Positions 52,985-64,000 of a stretch of 64,000 nucleotides of DNA are shown here, one piece after another. How positions within the stretch are numbered: the first letter of the stretch is position 1; every line of letters starts with the position of its first letter. The translations under genes and the position numbers were made by a program. The DNA is taken from assembly GCA_964057225.1 (NCBI GenBank), contig OZ059894.1, positions 2,728,001 to 2,792,000 of the forward strand, written 5' to 3'. The notes below the pieces were generated by a model that was not told where the DNA came from, ran no database searches, and saw nothing but the letters and a program-made list of their open reading frames with translations. The stretch is from Auanema rhodensis. Lineage: Eukaryota; Animalia; Nematoda.

Positions 52985-55090
52985 CTCAACATTGCTTCCA
53001 AAAACATTTAGACAAAAATTTTTTCGAAAAATTTCGAAATAATTTAGCAAAAAGTAGATGTTTTTAGATTCCTTTTTTCAAGGCGAAGACGATGGACATT
53101 GTTATTCAACGAAAAAATTAATTCTTCAGGGTGAAAATAGAGGATATAAGTGTGAACATATATCAGTTGATATCTCGGTGCATTTTTAAGCTAGCGCAAA
53201 TCTGATAACACAGATCGACGCAGCTTAAAAATCTGCATCGAATGCACTATACTACATGGAGAAACGCTTAATACAAAAATTAGTTATGATCGTTTGAAAA
53301 ATGATGCATTAGTGTATGTTGAGTTTCCATGTACACTCAACATTGCTTCCAAAAACATTTTGACAAAAATTTTTTCGAAAAATTTCAAAATAATTTAGCA
53401 AAAAGTAGATGTTTTTAGATTCCTTTTTTCAAGGCAAAGACGATGGACAATGTTATTCAACGAAAAAATTAATTCTTCAGGGTGAAAATCGAGGATATAA
53501 GTGTGAACTTATATCAGTTGATATCTCGGTGCATTTTTAAGCTAGCGCAAATCTGATAACACAGATCGACGCAGCTTAAAAATCTGCATCGAATGCACTA
53601 TACTACATTGAGAAACGCTTAATACAAAAATTAGTTATGATCGTTTGAAAAATGATGCATTAGTGTATGTTGAGTTTCCATGTACACTCAACATTGCTTC
53701 CAAAAACATTTAGACAAAAATTTTTTCGAAAAATTTCGAAATAATTTAGCAAAAAGTAGATGTTTTTAGATTCCTTTTTTCAAGGCGAAGACGATGGACA
53801 TTGTTATTCAACGAAAAAATTAATTCTTCAGGGTGAAAATAGAGGATATAAGTGTGAACATATATCAGTTGATATCTCGGTGCATTTTTAAGCTAGCGCA
53901 AATCTGATAACACAGATCGACGCAGCTTAAGAATCTGCATCGAATGCACTATACTACATGGAGAAACGCTTAATACAAAAATTAGTTATGATCGTTTGAA
54001 AAATGATGCATTAGTGTATGTTGAGTTTCCATGTACACTCAACATTGCTTCCAAAAACATTTTGACAAAAATTTTTTCGAAAAATTTCAAAATAATTTAG
54101 CAAAAAGTAGATGTTTTTAGATTCCTTTTTTCAAGGCAAAGACGATGGACAATGTTATTCAACGAAAAAATTAATTCTTCAGGGTGAAAATCGAGGATAT
54201 AAGTGTGAACTTATATCAGTTGATATCTCGGTGCATTTTTAAGCTAGCGCAAATCTGATAACACAGATCGACGCAGCTTAAAAATCTGCATCGAATGCAC
54301 TATACTACATTGAGAAACGCTTAATACAAAAATTAGTTATGATCGTTTGAAAAATGATGCATTAGTGTATGTTGAGTTTCCATGTACACTCAACATTGCT
54401 TCCAAAAACATTTAGACAAAAATTTTTTCGAAAAATTTCGAAATAATTTAGCAAAAAGTAGATGTTTTTAGATTCCTTTTTTCAAGGCGAAGACGATGGA
54501 CATTGTTATTCAACGAAAAAATTAATTCTTCAGGGTGAAAATAGAGGATATAAGTGTGAACATATATCAGTTGATATCTCGGTGCATTTTTAAGCTAGCG
54601 CAAATCTGATAACACAGATCGACGCAGCTTAAGAATCTGCATCGAATGCACTATACTACATGGAGAAACGCTTAATACAAAAATTAGTTATGATCGTTTG
54701 AAAAATGATGCATTAGTGTATGTTGAGTTTCCATGTACACTCAACATTGCTTCCAAAAACATTTTGACAAAAATTTTTTCGAAAAATTTCAAAATAATTT
54801 AGCAAAAAGTAGATGTTTTTAGATTTCTTTTTTCAAGGCAAAGACGATGGACAATGTTATTCAACGAAAAAATTAATTCTTCAGGGTGAAAATCGAGGAT
54901 ATAAGTGTGAACTTATATCAGTTGATATCTCGGTGCATTTTTAAGCTAGCGCAAATCTGATAACACAGATCGACGCAGCTTAAAAATCTGCATCGAATGC
55001 ACTATACTACATTGAGAAACGCTTAATACAAAAATTAGTTATGATCGTTTGAAAAATGATGCATTAGTGTATGTTGAGTTTCCATGTACA
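52985..55090. repeat. Dimer higher-order repeat x3 (702 bp)
   Basis: Monomer Y (tttag, ttcgaaat, ggcga, atagagg, acata, ctgc, catgg) alternates with monomer Z (ggacaat, gacgc, ctgc). The private allele ttaaGaat occurs at 53931 and 54633. Confidence 0.87.
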
Positions 55091-58000
55091 CTCAACATTG
55101 CTTCCAAAAACATTTTGACAAAAATTTTTTCGAAAAATTTCAAAATAATTTAGCAAAAAGTAGATGTTTTTAGATTTCTTTTTTCAAGGCAAAGACGATG
55201 GACATTGTTATTCAACGAAAAAATTAATTCTTCAGGGTGAAAATCGAGGATATAAGTGTGAACTTATATCAGTTGATATCTCGGTGCATTTTTAAGCTAG
55301 CGCAAATCTGATAACACAGATCGATGCAGCTTAAAAATCCGCATCGAATGCACTATACTACATTGAGAAACGCTTAATACAAAAATTAGTTATGATCGTT
55401 TGAAAAATGATGCATTAGTGTATGTTGAGTTTCCATGTACACTCAACATTGCTTCCAAAAACATTTTGACAAAAATTTTTTCGAAAAATTTCAAAATAAT
55501 TTAGCAAAAAGTAGATGTTTTTAGATTTCTTTTTTCAAGGCAAAGACGATGGACATTGTTATTCAACGAAAAAATTAATTCTTCAGGGTGAAAATCGAGG
55601 ATATAAGTGTGAACTTATATCAGTTGATATCTCGGTGCATTTTTAAGCTAGCGCAAATCTGATAACACAGATCGATGCAGCTTAAAAATCCGCATCGAAT
55701 GCACTATACTACATTGAGAAACGCTTAATACAAAAATTAGTTATGATCGTTTGAAAAATGATGCATTAGTGTATGTTGAGTTTCCATGTACAATCAACAT
55801 TGCTTCCAAAAACATTTTGACAAAAATTTTTTCGAAAAATTTCAAAATAATTTAGCAAAAAGTAGATGTTTTTAGATTTCTTTTTTCAAGGCAAAGACGA
55901 TGGACATTGTTATTCAACGAAAAAATTAATTCTTCAGGGTGAAAATCGAGGATATAAGTGTGAACTTATATCAGTTGATATCTCGGTGCATTTTTAAGCT
56001 AGCGCAAATCTGATAACACAGATCGATGCAGCTTAAAAATCCGCATCGAATGCACTATACTACATTGAGAAACGCTTAATACAAAAATTAGTTATGATCG
56101 TTTGAAAAATGATGCATTAGTGTATGTTGAGTTTCCATGTACACTCAACATTGCTTCCAAAAACATTTAGACAAAAATTTTTTCGAAAAATTTCAAAATA
56201 ATTTAGCAAAAAGTAGATGTTTTTAGATTTCTTTTTTCAAGGCAAAGACGATGGACATTGTTATTCAACGAAAAAATTAATTCTTCAGGGTGAAAATCGA
56301 GGATATAAGTGTGAACTTATATCAGTTGATATCTCGGTGCATTTTTAAGCTAGCGCAAATCTGATAACACAGATCGATGCAGCTTAAAAATCCGCATCGA
56401 ATGCACTATACTACATTGAGAAACGCTTAATACAAAAATTAGTTATGATCGTTTGAAAAATGATGCATTAGTGTATGTTGAGTTTCCATGTACAATCAAC
56501 ATTGCTTCCAAAAACATTTTGACAAAAATTTTTTCGAAAAATTTCAAAATAATTTAGCAAAAAGTAGATGTTTTTAGATTTCTTTTTTTAAGGCAAAGAC
56601 GATGGACATTGTTATTCAACGAAAAAATTAATTCTTCAGGGTGAAAATCGAGGATATAAGTGTGAACTTATATCAGTTGATATCTCGGTGCATTTTTAAG
56701 CTAGCGCAAATCTGATAACACAGATCGATGCAGCTTAAAAATCCGCATCGAATGCACTATACTACATTGAGAAACGCTTAATACAAAAATTAGTTATGAT
56801 CGTTTGAAAAATGATGCATTAGTGTATGTTGAGTTTCCATGTACACTCAACATTGCTTCCAAAAACATTTTGACAAAAATTTTTTCGAAAAATTTCAAAA
56901 TAATTTAGCAAAAAGTAGATGTTTTTAGATTTCTTTTTTCAAGGCAAAGACGATGGACATTGTTATTCAACGAAAAAATTAATTCTTCAGGGTGAAAATC
57001 GAGGATATAAGTGTGAACTTATATCAGTTGATATCTCGGTGCATTTTTAAGCTAGCGCAAATCTGATAACACAGATCGATGCAGCTTAAAAATCCGCATC
57101 GAATGCACTATACTACATTGAGAAACGCTTAATACAAAAATTAGTTATGATCGTTTGAAAAATGATGCATTAGTGTATGTTGAGTTTCCATGTACACTCA
57201 ACATTGCTTCCAAAAACATTTAGACAAAAATTTTTTCGAAAAATTTCAAAATAATTTAGCAAAAAGTAGATGTTTTTAGATTTCTTTTTTCAAGGCAAAG
57301 ACGATGGACATTGTTATTCAACGAAAAAATTAATTCTTCAGGGTGAAAATCGAGGATATAAGTGTGAACTTATATCAGTTGATATCTCGGTGCATTTTTA
57401 AGCTAGCGCAAATCTGATAACACAGATCGATGCAGCTTAAAAATCCGCATCGAATGCACTATACTACATTGAGAAACGCTTAATACAAAAATTAGTTATG
57501 ATCGTTTGAAAAATGATGCATTAGTGTATGTTGAGTTTCCATGTACAATCAACATTGCTTCCAAAAACATTTTGACAAAAATTTTTTCGAAAAATTTCAA
57601 AATATTTTAGCAAAAAGTAGATGTTTTTAGATTTCTTTTTTCAAGGCAAAGACGATGGACATTGTTATTCAACGAAAAAATTAATTCTTCAGGGTGAAAA
57701 TCGAGGATATAAGTGTGAACTTATATCAGTTGATATCTCGGTGCATTTTTAAGCTAGCGCAAATCTGATAACACAGATCGATGCAGCTTAAAAATCCGCA
57801 TCGAATGCACTATACTACATTGAGAAACGCTTAATACAAAAATTAGTTATGATCGTTTGAAAAATGATGCATTAGTGTATGTTGAGTTTCCATGTACACT
57901 CAACATTGCTTCCAAAAACATTTAGACAAAAATTTTTTCGAAAAATTTCAAAATAATTTAGCAAAAAGTAGATGTTTTTAGATTTCTTTTTTCAAGGCAA

Positions 58001-61000
58001 AGACGATGGACATTGTTATTCAACGAAAAAATTAATTCTTCAGGGTGAAAATCGAGGATATAAGTGTGAACTTATATCAGTTGATATCTCGGTGCATTTT
58101 TAAGCTAGCGCAAATCTGATAACACAGATCGATGCAGCTTAAAAATCCGCATCGAATGCACTATACTACATTGAGAAACGCTTAATACAAAAATTAGTTA
58201 TGATCGTTTGAAAAATGATGCATTAGTGTATGTTGAGTTTCCATGTACAATCAACATTGCTTCCAAAAACATTTTGACAAAAATTTTTTCGAAAAATTTC
58301 AAAATAATTTAGCAAAAAGTAGATGTTTTTAGATTTCTTTTTTTAAGGCAAAGACGATGGACATTGTTATTCAACGAAAAAATTAATTCTTCAGGGTGAA
58401 AATCGAGGATATAAGTGTGAACTTATATCAGTTGATATCTCGGTGCATTTTTAAGCTAGCGCAAATCTGATAACACAGATCGATGCAGCTTAAAAATCCG
58501 CATCGAATGCACTATACTACATTGAGAAACGCTTAATACAAAAATTAGTTATGATCGTTTGAAAAATGATGCATTAGTGTATGTTGAGTTTCCATGTACA
58601 CTCAACATTGCTTCCAAAAACATTTTGACAAAAATTTTTTCGAAAAATTTCAAAATAATTTAGCAAAAAGTAGATGTTTTTAGATTTCTTTTTTCAAGGC
58701 AAAGACGATGGACATTGTTATTCAACGAAAAAATTAATTCTTCAGGGTGAAAATCGAGGATATAAGTGTGAACTTATATCAGTTGATATCTCGGTGCATT
58801 TTTAAGCTAGCGCAAATCTGATAACACAGATCGATGCAGCTTAAAAATCCGCATCGAATGCACTATACTACATTGAGAAACGCTTAATACAAAAATTAGT
58901 TATGATCGTTTGAAAAATGATGCATTAGTGTATGTTGAGTTTCCATGTACACTCAACATTGCTTCCAAAAACATTTAGACAAAAATTTTTTCGAAAAATT
59001 TCAAAATAATTTAGCAAAAAGTAGATGTTTTTAGATTTCTTTTTTCAAGGCAAAGACGATGGACATTGTTATTCAACGAAAAAATTAATTCTTCAGGGTG
59101 AAAATCGAGGATATAAGTGTGAACTTATATCAGTTGATATCTCGGTGCATTTTTAAGCTAGCGCAAATCTGATAACACAGATCGATGCAGCTTAAAAATC
59201 CGCATCGAATGCACTATACTACATTGAGAAACGCTTAATACAAAAATTAGTTATGATCGTTTGAAAAATGATGCATTAGTGTATGTTGAGTTTCCATGTA
59301 CAATCAACATTGCTTCCAAAAACATTTTGACAAAAATTTTTTCGAAAAATTTCAAAATAATTTAGCAAAAAGTAGATGTTTTTAGATTTCTTTTTTCAAG
59401 GCAAAGACGATGGACATTGTTATTCAACGAAAAAATTAATTCTTCAGGGTGAAAATCGAGGATATAAGTGTGAACTTATATCAGTTGATATCTCGGTGCA
59501 TTTTTAAGCTAGCGCAAATCTGATAACACAGATCGATGCAGCTTAAAAATCCGCATCGAATGCACTATACTACATTGAGAAACGCTTAATACAAAAATTA
59601 GTTATGATCGTTTGAAAAATGATGCATTAGTGTATGTTGAGTTTCCATGTACACTCAACATTGCTTCCAAAAACATTTAGACAAAAATTTTTTCGAAAAA
59701 TTTCAAAATAATTTAGCAAAAAGTAGATGTTTTTAGATTTCTTTTTTCAAGGCAAAGACGATGGACATTGTTATTCAACGAAAAAATTAATTCTTCAGGG
59801 TGAAAATCGAGGATATAAGTGTGAACTTATATCAGTTGATATCTCGGTGCATTTTTAAGCTAGCGCAAATCTGATAACACAGATCGATGCAGCTTAAAAA
59901 TCCGCATCGAATGCACTATACTACATTGAGAAACGCTTAATACAAAAATTAGTTATGATCGTTTGAAAAATGATGCATTAGTGTATGTTGAGTTTCCATG
60001 TACACTCAACATTGCTTCCAAAAACATTTAGACAAAAATTTTTTCGAAAAATTTCAAAATAATTTAGCAAAAAGTAGATGTTTTTAGATTTCTTTTTTCA
60101 AGGCAAAGACGATGGACATTGTTATTCAACGAAAAAATTAATTCTTCAGGGTGAAAATCGAGGATATAAGTGTGAACTTATATCAGTTGATATCTCGGTG
60201 CATTTTTAAGCTAGCGCAAATCTGATAACACAGATCGATGCAGCTTAAAAATCCGCATCGAATGCACTATACTACATTGAGAAACGCTTAATACAAAAAT
60301 TAGTTATGATCGTTTGAAAAATGATGCATTAGTGTATGTTGAGTTTCCATGTACAATCAACATTGCTTCCAAAAACATTTTGACAAAAATTTTTTCGAAA
60401 AATTTCAAAATAATTTAGCAAAAAGTAGATGTTTTTAGATTTCTTTTTCTAAGGCAAAGACGATGGACATTGTTATTCAACGAAAAAATTAATTCTTCAG
60501 GGTGAAAATCGAGGATATAAGTGTGAACTTATATCAGTTGATATCTCGGTGCATTTTTAAGCTAGCGCAAATCTGATAACACAGATCGATGCAGCTTAAA
60601 AATCCGCATCGAATGCACTATACTACATTGAGAAACGCTTAATACAAAAATTAGTTATGATCGTTTGAAAAATGATGCATTAGTGTATGTTGAGTTTCCA
60701 TGTACACTCAACATTGCTTCCAAAAACATTTTGACAAAAATTTTTTCGAAAAATTTCAAAATAATTTAGCAAAAAGTAGATGTTTTTAGATTTCTTTTTT
60801 CAAGGCAAAGACGATGGACATTGTTATTCAACGAAAAAATTAATTCTTCAGGGTGAAAATCGAGGATATAAGTGTGAACTTATATCAGTTGATATCTCGG
60901 TGCATTTTTAAGCTAGCGCAAATCTGATAACACAGATCGAAGCAGCTTAAAAATCCGCATCGAATGCACTATACTACATTGAGAAACGCTTAATACAAAA

Positions 61001-64000
61001 ATTAGTTATGATCGTTTGAAAAATGATGCATTAGTGTATGTTGAGTTTCCATGTACACTCAACATTGCTTCCAAAAACATTTAGACAAAAATTTTTTCGA
61101 AAAATTTCAAAATAATTTAGCAAAAAGTAGATGTTTTTAGATTTCTTTTTTCAAGGCAAAGACGATGGACATTGTTATTCAACGAAAAAATTAATTCTTC
61201 AGGGTGAAAATCGAGGATATAAGTGTGAACTTATATCAGTTGATATCTCGGTGCATTTTTAAGCTAGCGCAAATCTGATAACACAGATCGATGCAGCTAA
61301 AAAATCCGCATCGAATGCACTATACTACATTGAGAAACGCTTAATACAAAAATTAGTTATGATCGTTTGAAAAATGATGCATTAGTGTATGTTGAGTTTC
61401 CATGTACAATCAACATTGCTTCCAAAAACATTTTGACAAAAATTTTTTCGAAAAATTTCAAAATAATTTAGCAAAAAGTAGATGTTTTTAGATTTCTTTT
61501 TTCAAGGCAAAGACGATGGACATTGTTATTCAACGAAAAAATTAATTCTTCAGGGTGAAAATCGAGGATATAAGTGTGAACTTATATCAGTTGATATCTC
61601 GGTGCATTTTTAAGCTAGCGCAAATCTGATAACACAGATCGATGCAGCTTAAAAATCCGCATCGAATGCACTATACTACATTGAGAAACGCTTAATACAA
61701 AAATTAGTTATGATCGTTTGAAAAATGATGCATTAGTGTATGTTGAGTTTCCATGTACACTCAACATTGCTTCCAAAAACATTTAGACAAAAATTTTTTC
61801 GAAAAATTTCAAAATAATTTAGCAAAAAGTAGATGTTTTTAGATTTCTTTTTTCAAGGCAAAGACGATGGACATTGTTATTCAACGAAAAAATTAATTCT
61901 TCAGGGTGAAAATCGAGGATATAAGTGTGAACTTATATCAGTTGATATCTCGGTGCATTTTTAAGCTAGCGCAAATCTGATAACACAGATCGATGCAGCT
62001 TAAAAATCCGCATCGAATGCACTATACTACATTGAGAAACGCTTAATACAAAAATTAGTTATGATCGTTTGAAAAATGATGCATTAGTGTATGTTGAGTT
62101 TCCATGTACAATCAACATTGCTTCCAAAAACATTTTGACAAAAATTTTTTCGAAAAATTTCAAAATAATTTAGCAAAAAGTAGATGTTTTTAGATTTCTT
62201 TTTTTAAGGCAAAGACGATGGACATTGTTATTCAACGAAAAAATTAATTCTTCAGGGTGAAAATCGAGGATATAAGTGTGAACTTATATCAGTTGATATC
62301 TCGGTGCATTTTTAAGCTAGCGCAAATCTGATAACACAGATCGATGCAGCTTAAAAATCCGCATCGAATGCACTATACTACATTGAGAAACGCTTAATAC
62401 AAAAATTAGTTATGATCGTTTGAAAAATGATGCATTAGTGTATGTTGAGTTTCCATGTACACTCAACATTGCTTCCAAAAACATTTAGACAAAAATTTTT
62501 TCGAAAAATTTCAAAATAATTTAGCAAAAAGTAGATGTTTTTAGATTTCTTTTTTCAAGGCAAAGACGATGGACATTGTTATTCAACGAAAAAATTAATT
62601 CTTCAGGGTGAAAATCGAGGATATAAGTGTGAACTTATATCAGTTGATATCTCGGTGCATTTTTAAGCTAGCGCAAATCTGATAACACAGATCGATGCAG
62701 CTTAAAAATCCGCATCGAATGCACTATACTACATTGAGAAACGCTTAATACAAAAATTAGTTATGATCGTTTGAAAAATGATGCATTAGTGTATGTTGAG
62801 TTTCCATGTACACTCAACATTGCTTCCAAAAACATTTAGACAAAAATTTTTTCGAAAAATTTCAAAATAATTTAGCAAAAAGTAGATGTTTTTAGATTTC
62901 TTTTTTCAAGGCAAAGACGATGGACATTGTTATTCAACGAAAAAATTAATTCTTCAGGGTGAAAATCGAGGATATAAGTGTGAACTTATATCAGTTGATA
63001 TCTCGGTGCATTTTTAAGCTAGCGCAAATCTGATAACACAGATCGATGCAGCTTAAAAATCCGCATCGAATGCACTATACTACATTGAGAAACGCTTAAT
63101 ACAAAAATTAGTTATGATCGTTTGAAAAATGATGCATTAGTGTATGTTGAGTTTCCATGTACAATCAACATTGCTTCCAAAAACATTTTGACAAAAATTT
63201 TTTCGAAAAATTTCAAAATAATTTAGCAAAAAGTAGATGTTTTTAGATTTCTTTTTTTAAGGCAAAGACGATGGACATTGTTATTCAACGAAAAAATTAA
63301 TTCTTCAGGGTGAAAATCGAGGATATAAGTGTGAACTTATATCAGTTGATATCTCGGTGCATTTTTAAGCTAGCGCAAATCTGATAACACAGATCGATGC
63401 AGCTTAAAAATCCGCATCGAATGCACTATACTACATTGAGAAACGCTTAATACAAAAATTAGTTATGATCGTTTGAAAAATGATGCATTAGTGTATGTTG
63501 AGTTTCCATGTACAATCAACATTGCTTCCAAAAACATTTTGACAAAAATTTTTTCGAAAAATTTCAAAATAATTTAGCAAAAAGTAGATGTTTTTAGATT
63601 TCTTTTTTCAAGGCAAAGACGATGGACATTGTTATTCAACGAAAAAATTAATTCTTCAGGGTGAAAATCGAGGATATAAGTGTGAACTTATATCAGTTGA
63701 TATCTCGGTGCATTTTTAAGCTAGCGCAAATCTGATAACACAGATCGATGCAGCTTAAAAATCCGCATCGAATGCACTATACTACATTGAGAAACGCTTA
63801 ATACAAAAATTAGTTATGATCGTTTGAAAAATGATGCATTAGTGTATGTTGAGTTTCCATGTACACTCAACATTGCTTCCAAAAACATTTAGACAAAAAT
63901 TTTTTCGAAAAATTTCAAAATAATTTAGCAAAAAGTAGATGTTTTTAGATTTCTTTTTTCAAGGCAAAGACGATGGACATTGTTATTCAACGAAAAAATT
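55091..64000. repeat. Homogenised near-consensus domain with loose ~5-6-mer periodicity
   Basis: Monomers vary almost only at monomer positions 1, 26 and 95. The C95T allele recurs near 56589, 58344, 60450, 62205 and 63258. Confidence 0.82.

Larger units (their letters stand above)
1..64000. repeat. Tandem satellite DNA array, 351-bp monomer, 182 full copies plus a partial copy; extends beyond both window edges
   Basis: The start motif ctcaacattgcttcc recurs at 1, 352, 703, 1054 ... 63866. Allowing for the 17 single-base deletions I counted, 63866 is exactly 182 x 351 from position 1. I saw no non-satellite sequence or inversion. Confidence 0.99.

Noticed and set aside
1-64000. CRISPR array
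   Set aside because: There are no unique spacers, the entire 351-bp unit is repeated, and there are no cas genes.
1-64000. Rolling-circle or concatemer artefact of a 351-nt circle (viroid-like or plasmid)
   Set aside because: Variants are organised in inherited haplotypes and nested higher-order periods, which is expected of an evolving genomic array and not of a template copied repeatedly with random errors.

Overview
The whole 64-kb window is one uninterrupted head-to-tail tandem satellite array. It has a 351-bp AT-rich monomer (about 30% GC by hand count) with 182 complete copies plus a 135-bp partial copy, all in the same orientation and differing by only a few substitutions each. I find no credible gene, RNA gene, transposon insertion or CRISPR array; the single 67-aa ORF is a chance product of two SNPs in one monomer. 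This looks like eukaryotic, probably invertebrate, heterochromatic or possibly centromeric satellite DNA, but I cannot name the family or species. The interesting structure is internal. (1) Each monomer is packed with overlapping, partly mutually exclusive inverted repeats. (2) One hairpin shows a compensatory base-pair swap in three monomers, and several other variants perfect quasi-palindromes. (3) SNP haplotypes define nested 2-, 4-, 5-, 6- and 8-mer higher-order repeats. (4) Markers suggest a colinear ~20-kb internal duplication. (5) The array ends in a strongly homogenised domain. All variant calls were read by eye and should be confirmed by monomer alignment.
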